39,336 nucleotides of DNA from a virus (lineage: Duplodnaviria > Caudoviricetes), in the IMG/VR virus record IMGVR_UViG_3300032321_000391, positions 1 to 39,336 of that record; one strand, written 5' to 3'. Positions 9,183-18,700 of this stretch are shown here, piece after piece (position 1 is the first letter of the stretch; every line of letters begins with the position of its first letter). The translations under genes and the position numbers were made by a program. A model generated the notes under the pieces. The model made no database searches and was not told the DNA's origin. It worked only from the letters and a program-made list of their open reading frames with translations.

Positions 9183-9893
9183 TTACTTGCCCTTCTTCTT
9201 CATCATTGCCATACCTTTGGCAACTTCCTTCTTAACCTGAGCCTTTGATTCGCCCTTTTTAAGTTCAATTTTTTTCTGCTTCTTTGGCTCTGTCTTTTCA
9301 AACATTGCGTATGCTGCTTTCTTTGTAGCCATTGTGTTCCCCTTTTGTGTGATTACTTTGACATCCCCACCAACACCAATACAGTAATCGGCGGAAATCT
9401 TAATTGCCCTGCGTGCAGCAAACTCTGCTGCCTTCATTGAGTTCTTACTGAACCCAGTGGCTAGTGCGCCAAGTGCTAATGAACCACCGCTACCTACTGC
9501 GTAAAGTCCACGGTCATCTCGTGACCATAGGTACTGCTCATCAATTTCAAAGATAACCCCATTGATACAGATGAGTGCATCAAATCCAGCGTTCGGGTCT
9601 TTGATTGCATCAGGTTCGTAGCCATGTTCTTTCATAGCATCTCGCAAAGAAGGAAGCACTTTTGTCTGCATAAATGCATCAAGTGGCATTGTCTTAATAA
9701 TCTTGGGTGGTGCCCATAGAAATTCTGCTATGTTGCCAGAGATGGCATCACCTGCAAAGGCAAACACATAGTCACCCTTGCGTACTACTTTGTCCATACC
9801 TTTGGCATAGTATGGTTTGTCGTCATAGGTAGTCATGGAATCTGCTGCTATTACTGCCCAGCCTTTTCCCTGAATACCTACAATGGCAGTCAT
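9183..9893 (-). CDS. Ntn-hydrolase, proteasome-beta/HslV-like peptidase with Lys-rich C-terminal extension
   Basis: N-terminal Thr (MTAIVG), AADS, K in DKVV, AVGSGG: the conserved elements of the fold. Confidence 0.8.
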   Translation of the reverse strand: MTAIVGIQGKGWAVIAADSMTTYDDKPYYAKGMDKVVRKGDYVFAFAGDAISGNIAEFLWAPPKIIKTMPLDAFMQTKVLPSLRDAMKEHGYEPDAIKDPNAGFDALICINGVIFEIDEQYLWSRDDRGLYAVGSGGSLALGALATGFSKNSMKAAEFAARRAIKISADYCIGVGGDVKVITQKGNTMATKKAAYAMFEKTEPKKQKKIELKKGESKAQVKKEVAKGMAMMKKKGK

Positions 9894-10330
9894 GGTTTAA
9901 ACCCACCAGTGTTTGCATCGTAGGCTTTGCCTACTTTGTTTGAGGCATCTATTGCTTTTTGTACTAGTTTGGTAGATGTTCCATCTGGTTGTATGCCTTG
10001 GTCACGAGCAGTTTTGTAGAGGTTTAACTCTGCGTTCCACTTCTTCTGTGACATACCGTTCTTGTTACTTGCTGCATCTCCTGGGTTTAACTGGAGTGAG
10101 CGAGCCTTGCACCCAAAGCATGGGCAATCTTCTGAATCAATGTGGTCTGGATTGGAATCTACTACGCCCCAGTCTGACCATGGTTCTGGTGAGGTGGCAT
10201 CGCACTCAGTGCAGCCAAACAACTCAACCTTAAATATCATTTGTCCGTCTACTAAATCGTAGCCGTCTTTAACTACTTTGCCTTTATGCCCTTTAACGGA
10301 GCAATCATATTGCTGTGATGTAGTCTCCAT
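9890..10330 (-). CDS. Hypothetical Cys-motif protein
   Basis: CxxC pairs; C-terminal KKWNAELNLYKTARDQGIQP; start uncertain. Confidence 0.6.
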   Translation of the reverse strand: METTSQQYDCSVKGHKGKVVKDGYDLVDGQMIFKVELFGCTECDATSPEPWSDWGVVDSNPDHIDSEDCPCFGCKARSLQLNPGDAASNKNGMSQKKWNAELNLYKTARDQGIQPDGTSTKLVQKAIDASNKVGKAYDANTGGFKP

Positions 10331-10577
10331 AAGTTCCCCCGATTGATGCATCTGTTAAACGATTCTTGGTTGCTTCGTCAATGATGTATGTATGTCCACC
10401 AAGGTAATGCTCGGTAGATGCTGCAATGTCTGTCTGGGCGGGGAAACGGTATGAAGAATAAACTCCATCAACCATTAGTACAGATATGCCACGGTCTAAT
10501 CCATAGCGAATAAACAATCTATCCCACGCTATCGGTGTTTCTTTAACCGATGGTGTAACGAATTGATACTGCGCCAT
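10305..10577 (-). CDS. Hypothetical protein downstream of capsid
   Basis: 90 aa, strong AAGGAGG RBS. Confidence 0.7.
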   Translation of the reverse strand: MAQYQFVTPSVKETPIAWDRLFIRYGLDRGISVLMVDGVYSSYRFPAQTDIAASTEHYLGGHTYIIDEATKNRLTDASIGGTYGDYITAI

Positions 10578-10597
10578 GGTTCCTCCTTATTGTTATA

Positions 10598-10625
10598 GAG
10601 AGAGGGCGGGCGAACCCGCCCCCTC
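10598..10625 (-). terminator. GC-rich UUCG hairpin after the capsid gene (terminator/stabiliser)
   Basis: GGCGGG-TTCG-CCCGCC followed by a pyrimidine run; weak U tract, so probably leaky. Confidence 0.6.
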
Positions 10626-10638
10626 AACTACATATTGA

Positions 10639-11820
10639 CTAGTTCTGGATTGAAGATGAAGATTCAATACGGTACATAGCAGCCTCACGATAGCGAGAGA
10701 AGCCAAGTACGCCGTACCACCCGATTGGGCGGAAACGCATCAAACGGTCAACGACTGGTCCAATAACAACATTTGGCTCCTGTGCAACAGCCTCAGCCAA
10801 AGCCTGCTTACCAGCAACGATTGTGCGGTAGACGGCTGTGATTGGAGTAACTGTTACAACAGTAGTTGCTGTGACTGCAGCAGTATGTGCTGTGTCTACA
10901 GTGATTGTTGTTGTTGTTGAGGCTGTTGAAATTGCAGTAATCTTTGCACCTGATGCAATGCCTGTACCAGAAATCTTGTCACCAACTTCTGCTGATGTAG
11001 CGATAACTGATGTTGAAGCAACACCAAGTGTGTATGCTGCTGATGCTCCAGCAACTGTTACTGCTGTTGTAGCGAGTGTTGACTGGTCTGCACCGTCTAC
11101 GCCACGGTACATACGAGGAGTTTCAACGAAGAAGGCTCCTTCAAATGTTCCGATTGAGCCAGCCCAGAATTGTCCTGTGCCTGTCTCTGCGTACTTGTGC
11201 ATGTCGTTCCATCCGCCAACGCCTGTCTCAGCGCGGAGGTCGTGTGAAACTTCTGGGTGGATACCACACCAGTAGAGTGAGCCTTCGCGTGGAACAGCCT
11301 TGTTAGAACGCAACTTAGCAACTGTCTTACGGATGTCTGCTGCCTTGATTGTATCAGTAGCAGTAACTGTAACTGTTGATGTGCGTGCTGTAGATGATGC
11401 TGAGTAAACAACATTTGTACCCTGGCGTAGAACATCCATTGCAATCTTGTCAATAGAGTCAGCCATGTTGTAAGCGATGATGTCTGCAACTGCAGGGTCA
11501 ACATCTGAGAGTGAGAACAACTGTAGTTTACGAGTAACGAGTGAAGCGTTGCCGTATTCAGCAAGTGTTACTGAAACAGTTGTTACATCTGATAGTGCTA
11601 CTGCATCTGGGTCAGTTGTTTCTGACGATAGTGCAGCAGTTGCTGGTGCCAAGTCGTTGTAAAGTGAGAATACAACGCTTGAACCTGGCATTGCTTGCTG
11701 AGCAGGGCGCTTGTCTGCTACTGAACGAATCAGTGGCTGAGCACGAAGCGCGAACTCAACATAGCGGTCATAAGCAGTTTTAATCAGACCTGCGAGGGCT
11801 GAGGAATCTGTATATGCCAT
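10639..11820 (-). CDS. Major capsid protein (N4-gp56-like family)
   Basis: 393 aa after scaffold, AGGAGG RBS; motifs VTLAEYGN, GIHPEVSHDLR, GPVVDRLMRFRPIGWYG; Thr/Ala-rich insertion. Confidence 0.85.
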   Translation of the reverse strand: MAYTDSSALAGLIKTAYDRYVEFALRAQPLIRSVADKRPAQQAMPGSSVVFSLYNDLAPATAALSSETTDPDAVALSDVTTVSVTLAEYGNASLVTRKLQLFSLSDVDPAVADIIAYNMADSIDKIAMDVLRQGTNVVYSASSTARTSTVTVTATDTIKAADIRKTVAKLRSNKAVPREGSLYWCGIHPEVSHDLRAETGVGGWNDMHKYAETGTGQFWAGSIGTFEGAFFVETPRMYRGVDGADQSTLATTAVTVAGASAAYTLGVASTSVIATSAEVGDKISGTGIASGAKITAISTASTTTTITVDTAHTAAVTATTVVTVTPITAVYRTIVAGKQALAEAVAQEPNVVIGPVVDRLMRFRPIGWYGVLGFSRYREAAMYRIESSSSIQN

Positions 11821-11852
11821 GTGTTCACCTCCTGGTGATTGGTAGTTGTGTG

Positions 11853-12326
11853 TTAGTTATAGTGCTGAACACCCATGATGGCGCTGAGTTCTTGTGCGCT
11901 CTTTGCGTTGGCGATTTTTGATGCAACATCTTCGTCAAAGGCTGGTGCCTGAGAACTAGATACAACATCATTGATTCGCTTCTGTGCTGCGAGTGCTGGG
12001 TTGACAGAGGCAGGAGCATTGTCCTGTTCACCATCTGTCTTAATACCAAATACATCGCCATATTCGTTAAGCCAGTTGTTTACGGCTTCCTCGGTGGCAT
12101 CTAAGTCCTGAGGTATAAACGCTGCGATTTTTGGGTTGACACCCTTAGAAGTCAGTACATCCTTTACGGTGCGCTGACGAGTTTGCGACTTAAGGCTATG
12201 CGCTTCTTGTTCAAGTTCCTTGAGGCGCTTTTCAAGCGTGCGGTTTACCTTGCGTAGTTGCTTAACGACATCTTGAGGTCCATCCTCAAAATCAATATCG
12301 TCATCTTCGTCATAATTGGTAGCCAT
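11853..12326 (-). CDS. Capsid scaffolding protein
   Basis: Acidic N-terminus, coiled coil, immediately upstream of MCP. Confidence 0.7.
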   Translation of the reverse strand: MATNYDEDDDIDFEDGPQDVVKQLRKVNRTLEKRLKELEQEAHSLKSQTRQRTVKDVLTSKGVNPKIAAFIPQDLDATEEAVNNWLNEYGDVFGIKTDGEQDNAPASVNPALAAQKRINDVVSSSQAPAFDEDVASKIANAKSAQELSAIMGVQHYN

Positions 12327-12446
12327 CTACCTATCTCCCTTTGTTAGTTGTATTCGCAATCCACAAACGAGGTTCGGGGAAACCAAGTTGGCTATTGCTA
12401 CCAGTCTTTTACACTCCTCAGGGCTGGTGGGTCTGAGTGAGGATTC

Positions 12447-13946
12447 TTATATTCCTACTTGATTGGCACGAAGTGATTGTGCCGATAACCCAGAACTGCC
12501 ACCGAAGCGTGCTGCTTCTCGCGCTGCTCTGCGTTGTGATTGTAGTAATTCTTGTGTGTCTTGACCGATTATTGCTGTAACAGCATTGAGGTCTTTGTAA
12601 GTCTTGTCGCCTTCAATAGCAGCAAGGTTGCCTTGTGTATTAGCCAAGTTACGAGCCTTACCAAATTCTGCCTTAAGTGACATAAGGTCTTGTGTGCCAG
12701 AAGCATTAACAAATGATTCAGCCACACCAACATTAGCCTTGCCAGCAAATTCTCCAAAGCCTGCAGCGGTAGCAGCAGCGCCAATCTCAGCAGCACGGGC
12801 TTCTTTCTTTACAATGTCCATACCCAATTCAGGGTTAAGAAGGAAGGCGATAGCACCACCCTTTGTGACACCGTAGTAATCTTGAAGGGCTGCTGTGACA
12901 TCTGTATTCTTGTCAACTCTATCTTTGGCAATCTGTACACGCTGTTCAAATTCAACGGGTGATACTTCTGCACCAATGTACTTGCCTAATTCAGTACGAG
13001 AACCAAAGGTTGCAGTATCTACGCCATAGGCACGCAACACCTGCTCGTATCCACGCTCCATTGAAATGTATGTAGCCTCATTAACTGCGCGACCTTTAGA
13101 GGCAAGTGTTTTCATAGCGGGAAAACGAGCAATGTAAGCATCTGAACTAACTAAGTTAATTTTAATTTGTGCAGCAGTCATGTCTTGTTTAATGTAACCA
13201 TCAATGGTATCTACCAATGCATCAAGTCCTGCTAATTTAAGGCTTGCACGGAAATCATCAAGGGCTGTAGAAACATTAGCCTGGTTAGCAGCCTTTTGGT
13301 CTGCTTGAAATTGAGTAAGCGCTCCAGCAACAGCAGCCTTAATTTGTGCATCTACTTCTGCTTGGCTAAGTCCAGCCTGTGCAAGAACCCAACCAGCATT
13401 ATTATCCCAAGTGTAATTATTGCTATCTGGCTTTGGTGGCTGTACCCAATTAGTACCGTTCCAAATCCATGCTCTACCTGGTGAACCAGTTGGTGTGCTA
13501 CTGGAATCTGCTACAGGTATAGAACCATCTGCCGCCTTACCATTGGCATCAACATCTACTGGACCATTTTTAGTCTGTACGGTGCCAGCCTTTTTCCATG
13601 TTGTTGTTGCATTTGGGTCAGCAGATGCAACAGTTGTTGTATATCCAGTAGATGTTCGTGTTGTGCCTACTGGGATAGGACCAACAAATGAAGTTGATGG
13701 TGTTGTTGGATATGTAATAGTCGGAGTAAAGTTTGGCACTACACCTGATGCTGCAGCAACACCAGCAGCCGTTGTTGTGTTTACGGTTGGAGTAGTTGCT
13801 TTAGCAGCAGGAAGTGTAATTACCTGCCCAGGTTTAATAAGATTAGGGTTGGTAATTTGTGGGTTGGCAGCAACAATCTTTGCTACTGTCGTATTGTTGG
13901 CTGCAGCAATAGCGCTGAGCGTGTCACCTGCTTTTACAACTGGCAT
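12447..13946 (-). CDS. LysM-domain virion/ejection protein
   Basis: N-terminal LysM (VKAGDTLSAIAAANNTTVAKIVAANPQITNPNLIKPGQVITLP), Thr/Pro linker, helical C-terminus. Confidence 0.75.
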   Translation of the reverse strand: MPVVKAGDTLSAIAAANNTTVAKIVAANPQITNPNLIKPGQVITLPAAKATTPTVNTTTAAGVAAASGVVPNFTPTITYPTTPSTSFVGPIPVGTTRTSTGYTTTVASADPNATTTWKKAGTVQTKNGPVDVDANGKAADGSIPVADSSSTPTGSPGRAWIWNGTNWVQPPKPDSNNYTWDNNAGWVLAQAGLSQAEVDAQIKAAVAGALTQFQADQKAANQANVSTALDDFRASLKLAGLDALVDTIDGYIKQDMTAAQIKINLVSSDAYIARFPAMKTLASKGRAVNEATYISMERGYEQVLRAYGVDTATFGSRTELGKYIGAEVSPVEFEQRVQIAKDRVDKNTDVTAALQDYYGVTKGGAIAFLLNPELGMDIVKKEARAAEIGAAATAAGFGEFAGKANVGVAESFVNASGTQDLMSLKAEFGKARNLANTQGNLAAIEGDKTYKDLNAVTAIIGQDTQELLQSQRRAAREAARFGGSSGLSAQSLRANQVGI

Positions 13947-15406
13947 TATCCTATAAATCCAAACTGCTTCATCAAATCAAGCGCCGTATTTGAGTAGGTT
14001 TCTTTTGCGTTCTTTGTGCGTTGCCATAATGGGTCTGACTTAACTTGTTTTGTAAAGTCTGCAAAAGTATATGCAACACCTTTGTCTTTGTTCATAACCT
14101 TAGACATGAGGTCGTTCCATGTAATGTTAGTTGGGTCAATCTCAAGTAGGTCAGCCATCTGCTTGCGGTATGCACCAGTCACATCGTAAAGAGTGCGACC
14201 TTCTTTAAGTGATGCAGCAAAGGCAGGGTTAGCATCAATAGAACGCTGCTTGATATTGTTGAGATACCATTGCGCATCTTTGCCATCTGTAGGATTAAGC
14301 AAGTCATGGTTAATAGTATCTAATTCATTTTTGTCTAACGCCAAACCATAGTTAAGAGCCTGTCGTTTAATCTGGTCAACATAAGAACCAAGGGTTCCAC
14401 CACCAGTAAAGATAATTTCCGACTTAGTAGCAAGGTGCTGTGAAAGTTGATTATCATCCCAACCATTTTGCATAGCCTGAGCAGCAATGCCTTTAATAAT
14501 TTCTGTATTGTTAACTACTTTGCCAGTTACTGGGTCAATGTCATTGACTTTAATACCAAGTAAATCCATCTTTGCTTGGATAGTGTCAATCTTGTTAAGC
14601 ATTGTTTGTGCAAATGTTGCAGCCTGGCGTGGGTCATGTGAGTCAATAAAGAATTGACGAAGGGTAGGGAAAGTCTGTTGCCACCAAGCAGTGTTCTTCA
14701 TGGCTTCCATAAAAGTGGCTTCGTTCCACTTTTCAGTTTTAGCCTTAGTAATCAAATCATCAATTTGTTTCTTTTGCTTAGGGTCATCAATGCCCGTAGC
14801 AAATGTCTGCTTAAGAGCAGAAATCCAAATACCTTTAGGGTCAGAACCTGCGCCCATGGCTGGAAATTTTGCAGTGCCAGTTCCAGTAGAAGAAGTAACG
14901 GCAGATGAAGTAACAGATTTTGTAGTTACAACTGGTGTAGTAACTACTTTTGGTTTGATTGTTGAGCCAGAGGTATACTCAGTAGAACCAGGAACCAGGC
15001 TTTCACCGTTTGGTCCGTAACGAACTTCTTTAACAACTTCTGGGTTCTTACCATCAAAAGAATTAAGAGCATCTTGTGCTTTTTTAACAGTATCAGGAGT
15101 TCCATAATCTTTGGCACGCTGTAATGCATCAACAAGTTTTACGCGGTCTGCTGCTTTTTTCTTATTTGTTTCTGTATCTTTTGCAGTCTTTTGTTTGTTT
15201 GTTATTTCATCTACTTGTTTTTGTGCAGCATCTAGTTGTGCTAAAACTTCTTTATACTTTTTGCTTCCTGGTTTGTTGCCACTAAGTGTTTGTTTAAGTG
15301 TATAAATCTGCATTTGTAATTGAGCAGCAGTAGCAGCATCACCAGTTAAACCATAGAAACTATTGCCTTGTGCGCCACCAGCCCGTGGGTTAATAATATC
15401 TGCCAT
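13946..15406 (-). CDS. Putative internal virion protein
   Basis: 486-aa helical protein, translationally coupled within the ejection-protein cluster. Confidence 0.6.
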   Translation of the reverse strand: MADIINPRAGGAQGNSFYGLTGDAATAAQLQMQIYTLKQTLSGNKPGSKKYKEVLAQLDAAQKQVDEITNKQKTAKDTETNKKKAADRVKLVDALQRAKDYGTPDTVKKAQDALNSFDGKNPEVVKEVRYGPNGESLVPGSTEYTSGSTIKPKVVTTPVVTTKSVTSSAVTSSTGTGTAKFPAMGAGSDPKGIWISALKQTFATGIDDPKQKKQIDDLITKAKTEKWNEATFMEAMKNTAWWQQTFPTLRQFFIDSHDPRQAATFAQTMLNKIDTIQAKMDLLGIKVNDIDPVTGKVVNNTEIIKGIAAQAMQNGWDDNQLSQHLATKSEIIFTGGGTLGSYVDQIKRQALNYGLALDKNELDTINHDLLNPTDGKDAQWYLNNIKQRSIDANPAFAASLKEGRTLYDVTGAYRKQMADLLEIDPTNITWNDLMSKVMNKDKGVAYTFADFTKQVKSDPLWQRTKNAKETYSNTALDLMKQFGFIG

Positions 15407-15786
15407 TATTGACGGACCTTTCTTACATCGGCAGCCACTGCGTTATACATGGCATCTAGGTATTTATTATCTTCACGAGCCTGATACTCTGGAAGATTCT
15501 GTACAAAATTTGCTACAGCCTGTGAGCGACCAGTTGTGCTGGTATCTTGTGACTGACCCATGGCAATAGCCAATGCTTTAGCATAATCATTACCTGCAGC
15601 GTTGCGACCTAATAACTGTTGAAATACATTTTGAACAGTTGAGTCGCCCTCTTGCTTTGTGTATACAGCAGCGGTTCCACCAGTAACAGATGGTGCCATT
15701 GCCAATAAAGCCTTAAGGTCAACGGTTGAGTTGCTGGCTTTGCTCTTGGTTGAACTACTTGTTGTAGTTGTTGGCTTAGTTGTCAT
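15406..15786 (-). CDS. Hypothetical (putative internal virion) protein
   Basis: 126 aa, TAATG-coupled on both sides. Confidence 0.6.
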   Translation of the reverse strand: MTTKPTTTTSSSTKSKASNSTVDLKALLAMAPSVTGGTAAVYTKQEGDSTVQNVFQQLLGRNAAGNDYAKALAIAMGQSQDTSTTGRSQAVANFVQNLPEYQAREDNKYLDAMYNAVAADVRKVRQ

Positions 15787-18700
15787 TAAATTACCACCGT
15801 ATCATTTGCAAAGTAACGATTGAGAAAACTCTCAGTCTCTGGGGAACCGACAATTAACTGTGTTTTGTATTTGTCTAACACCCAAACAAGGTCTGAGTTT
15901 GAATTAGCGGTCATGCTGCGTGAACCACCTGCTGCTTTGCGTTCATCAAGTATAGCCTGCATTTGTTTGCGAGCATCAAGATAAAGCGCCATGTTCTTTA
16001 CAACTGTGCGGTTACCGTTTTGTGCCATCCATTTTTTGTCAGCAAGTGCTGATTCAAGAACTTCGGTACGGCGGGCATACTTGGCACGGTCAGGAGATGC
16101 ATACTCTGAATACCAGTCAAGGTTATCCTTAGCCATCTGCTGTAGCCATACTGACTTTGCTGCTTGAACTTGGTTCATGCGTGGGTCGCTATCGGTTTCA
16201 ATACCGTTCTGAATCTTGTAAGCATTGATTTGATTCATAAGGCTTTGGAACTGAGTCCAACCTTTTTTAACATTGGCTTCAATTTGTAGTTCTCCAGGGG
16301 TACGGCTTTGACGATAGTTAGAACCTGCACCTGGGGCTGAACCGTGGCTGTATTGCCACTTGTATGCAGCCTGACTAAATGTGTACTTGCCATCGCCATC
16401 ATCGGCAAGGAATCCCATAAGTTCTGGAACACTGCTAGATGTAGCCTGAGCCATAAGGTTATTAAACTTCTTAAGGTTCTGGACAGTACCAACGCTTGCT
16501 TCTAATCCGCCTTCGTTCTTTGAAAGGCTAACTGTTGCCTCAAAGAAATCAGGATACATGCGAAGGAACTCAGCCTCTGCCTTGCCAAATACACGCTTCA
16601 TCTCACCAGTCTTTGGGTCTGGTTCTTTGTAGTCAGCGTACTTAACTTGCATCTGGCGGAAAGACTGTTGGTAGAAATCTAGCGTTGGTGTGATAGCAAA
16701 TGGTGCAGAGATGCTAGTCAATGCACGAAGGAAATAAAACTTGTTTGTTCTTGATGTGACTTCATCAACCGTAGGCGCATCTGTGCGTTCGCCTTGGTTG
16801 TAGCGGTATGTCTCATAGTTAAGCATCTGGTTAAAGGTACGAACATATAGTTCATCCTTACGCCAAACTGTACCAAGTCGGCGCAAAGCAGACGGTGTAA
16901 ACAAATCCATTGCGTTAGATGGCATGCCTGCTGGGAAGAAACTCTTAAGAGCATCTTCCAGAGAAGGCTGTTGCTTAAGAACTAAATAGGCTGGAAGTAC
17001 AGCAAATGGACCAAAGCCTGGGTTGCCAACATTTCCTTGAGTAACTACATCAAGGCTTGACAATGGGATGTTAATTGTCTTAAATGAATCTTCAACAATT
17101 CCACGCCATGACTTAGGTAGTGAATCAATGAAACCTTGTGGCACCTTAACAATAAGGTTGCTTGTGCGGTCAATCTTTGTAGCATCAGTAATCTGATTAC
17201 CATTTTGGTCTACAACCATTTGACCATGTACAACCTGAGCCACTGTACGACCCGCTGCAGCAATGATACTTGGGTCCTCGGCAATCATGCCTGACCAACG
17301 CTTTGCTGTATTTTCAAACGCTGCGTAGAACGGGAACAGCAACTTCATTGTTTGTGAAGATGAAGCACCTGTACGGCGAACGATTGTAAAGAGTGTTTGT
17401 TCTACTTCTTGGCGAGCAGCCTCACGAGCAGCCTTGACTGCACGGTTAGTCTCGTCAATAGTTAGACCATCTTTGCCAGCAAATTCTGACATAGCAGCAA
17501 TGTTATCGCGCAAGCGCTTTTCATAAACTGCATTAACCAACGGATGGCGAGCAAAAATATCTTCTGGCATTGAGCCAAGAAAACGCATAACACGGCGGTT
17601 AATAGTGTCAATGAGGCGCTCTTGGTCCTTGTACTCTTTTGAGGTAGTAACAAGTAAACCATTAAGAGGTGTCAGATTTTCTGGTTGCTTACCAAAACGG
17701 TCAACAAGAAACTTCTGGACATCTCCACCTGTGAGTGGCTTGCCATTGTCTTTCATTGTCATAAGCATGTCAGCAGTCTCAGCATCTGGTATGTATGCAC
17801 GGACAGCGCCACGGGTTGTCTGAATCTTGTCAAGCAAATGCTCGTCAAGTTCTCCACCCTTAATCTTTGTAAAGCCGTAACCTTCGCCTACACGAGTGTA
17901 AGTGTTGTTAGCGTAAAGGCTGCCTTCATGTGTCTTAAACCATGAAAGAATCTTCTCGTTACTTTTGTTAGCAAGAATCTGCTCAACTACTGGGTCCATT
18001 AGTCCAGACTCAGGGTTACGGAAATGCATGTTAAGGATGTTAGCCCAGCCTTGGAAATACTGTGGGTCATTAGGTTGCACTAGACGAACTGTGCGTGAAC
18101 CAATGCCAGTAGTAAATGCCATCTCCTGTGAAGCAACCATGGCGTTCCATGTTTGCTCAGCAGATGTACGACCAAGGAACCATGAAGCATTTTCAAATGC
18201 TTTGGGCAATTCATATTTAATACCATTGGCTTCAATTTCATTATTAGACTTGCGAACCTTGTTGCCTTTAGCATCAAGTGTAATTGTTCCATAACCCAAG
18301 CGCTGCTTAACAGCATTTGATTCAGCAATATCAACACGAGAGCCAATACGAGTAGCCATGTCATCAAGATGAGCATGTGCTGTTGAATACATACGAGCAA
18401 GATTTTCAGCAGCATCTTCAACGCCATTGTTAATCATTGCCTGTACATTGTCCTTAGTGTAATAAGGAGATACAGCCAAGTCATTTCTTCCTGAACGCTC
18501 ACGCTTTATGTCAGCACGCTTTGCCATACGGCGGTCGCTACGACTTGTAAACTTAGGTTCTTCTGTAATAAATGGTCGGGGTTGCGCCATCATTGCTTTA
18601 AGAGAACGGTCAACTTCTGCAGTACGACCATCTGCTCCAACAGCCTCAGGTAATGCGATGTGTGATACTCCGCCAGCCTTACGGTCATCAAGAACTACAG

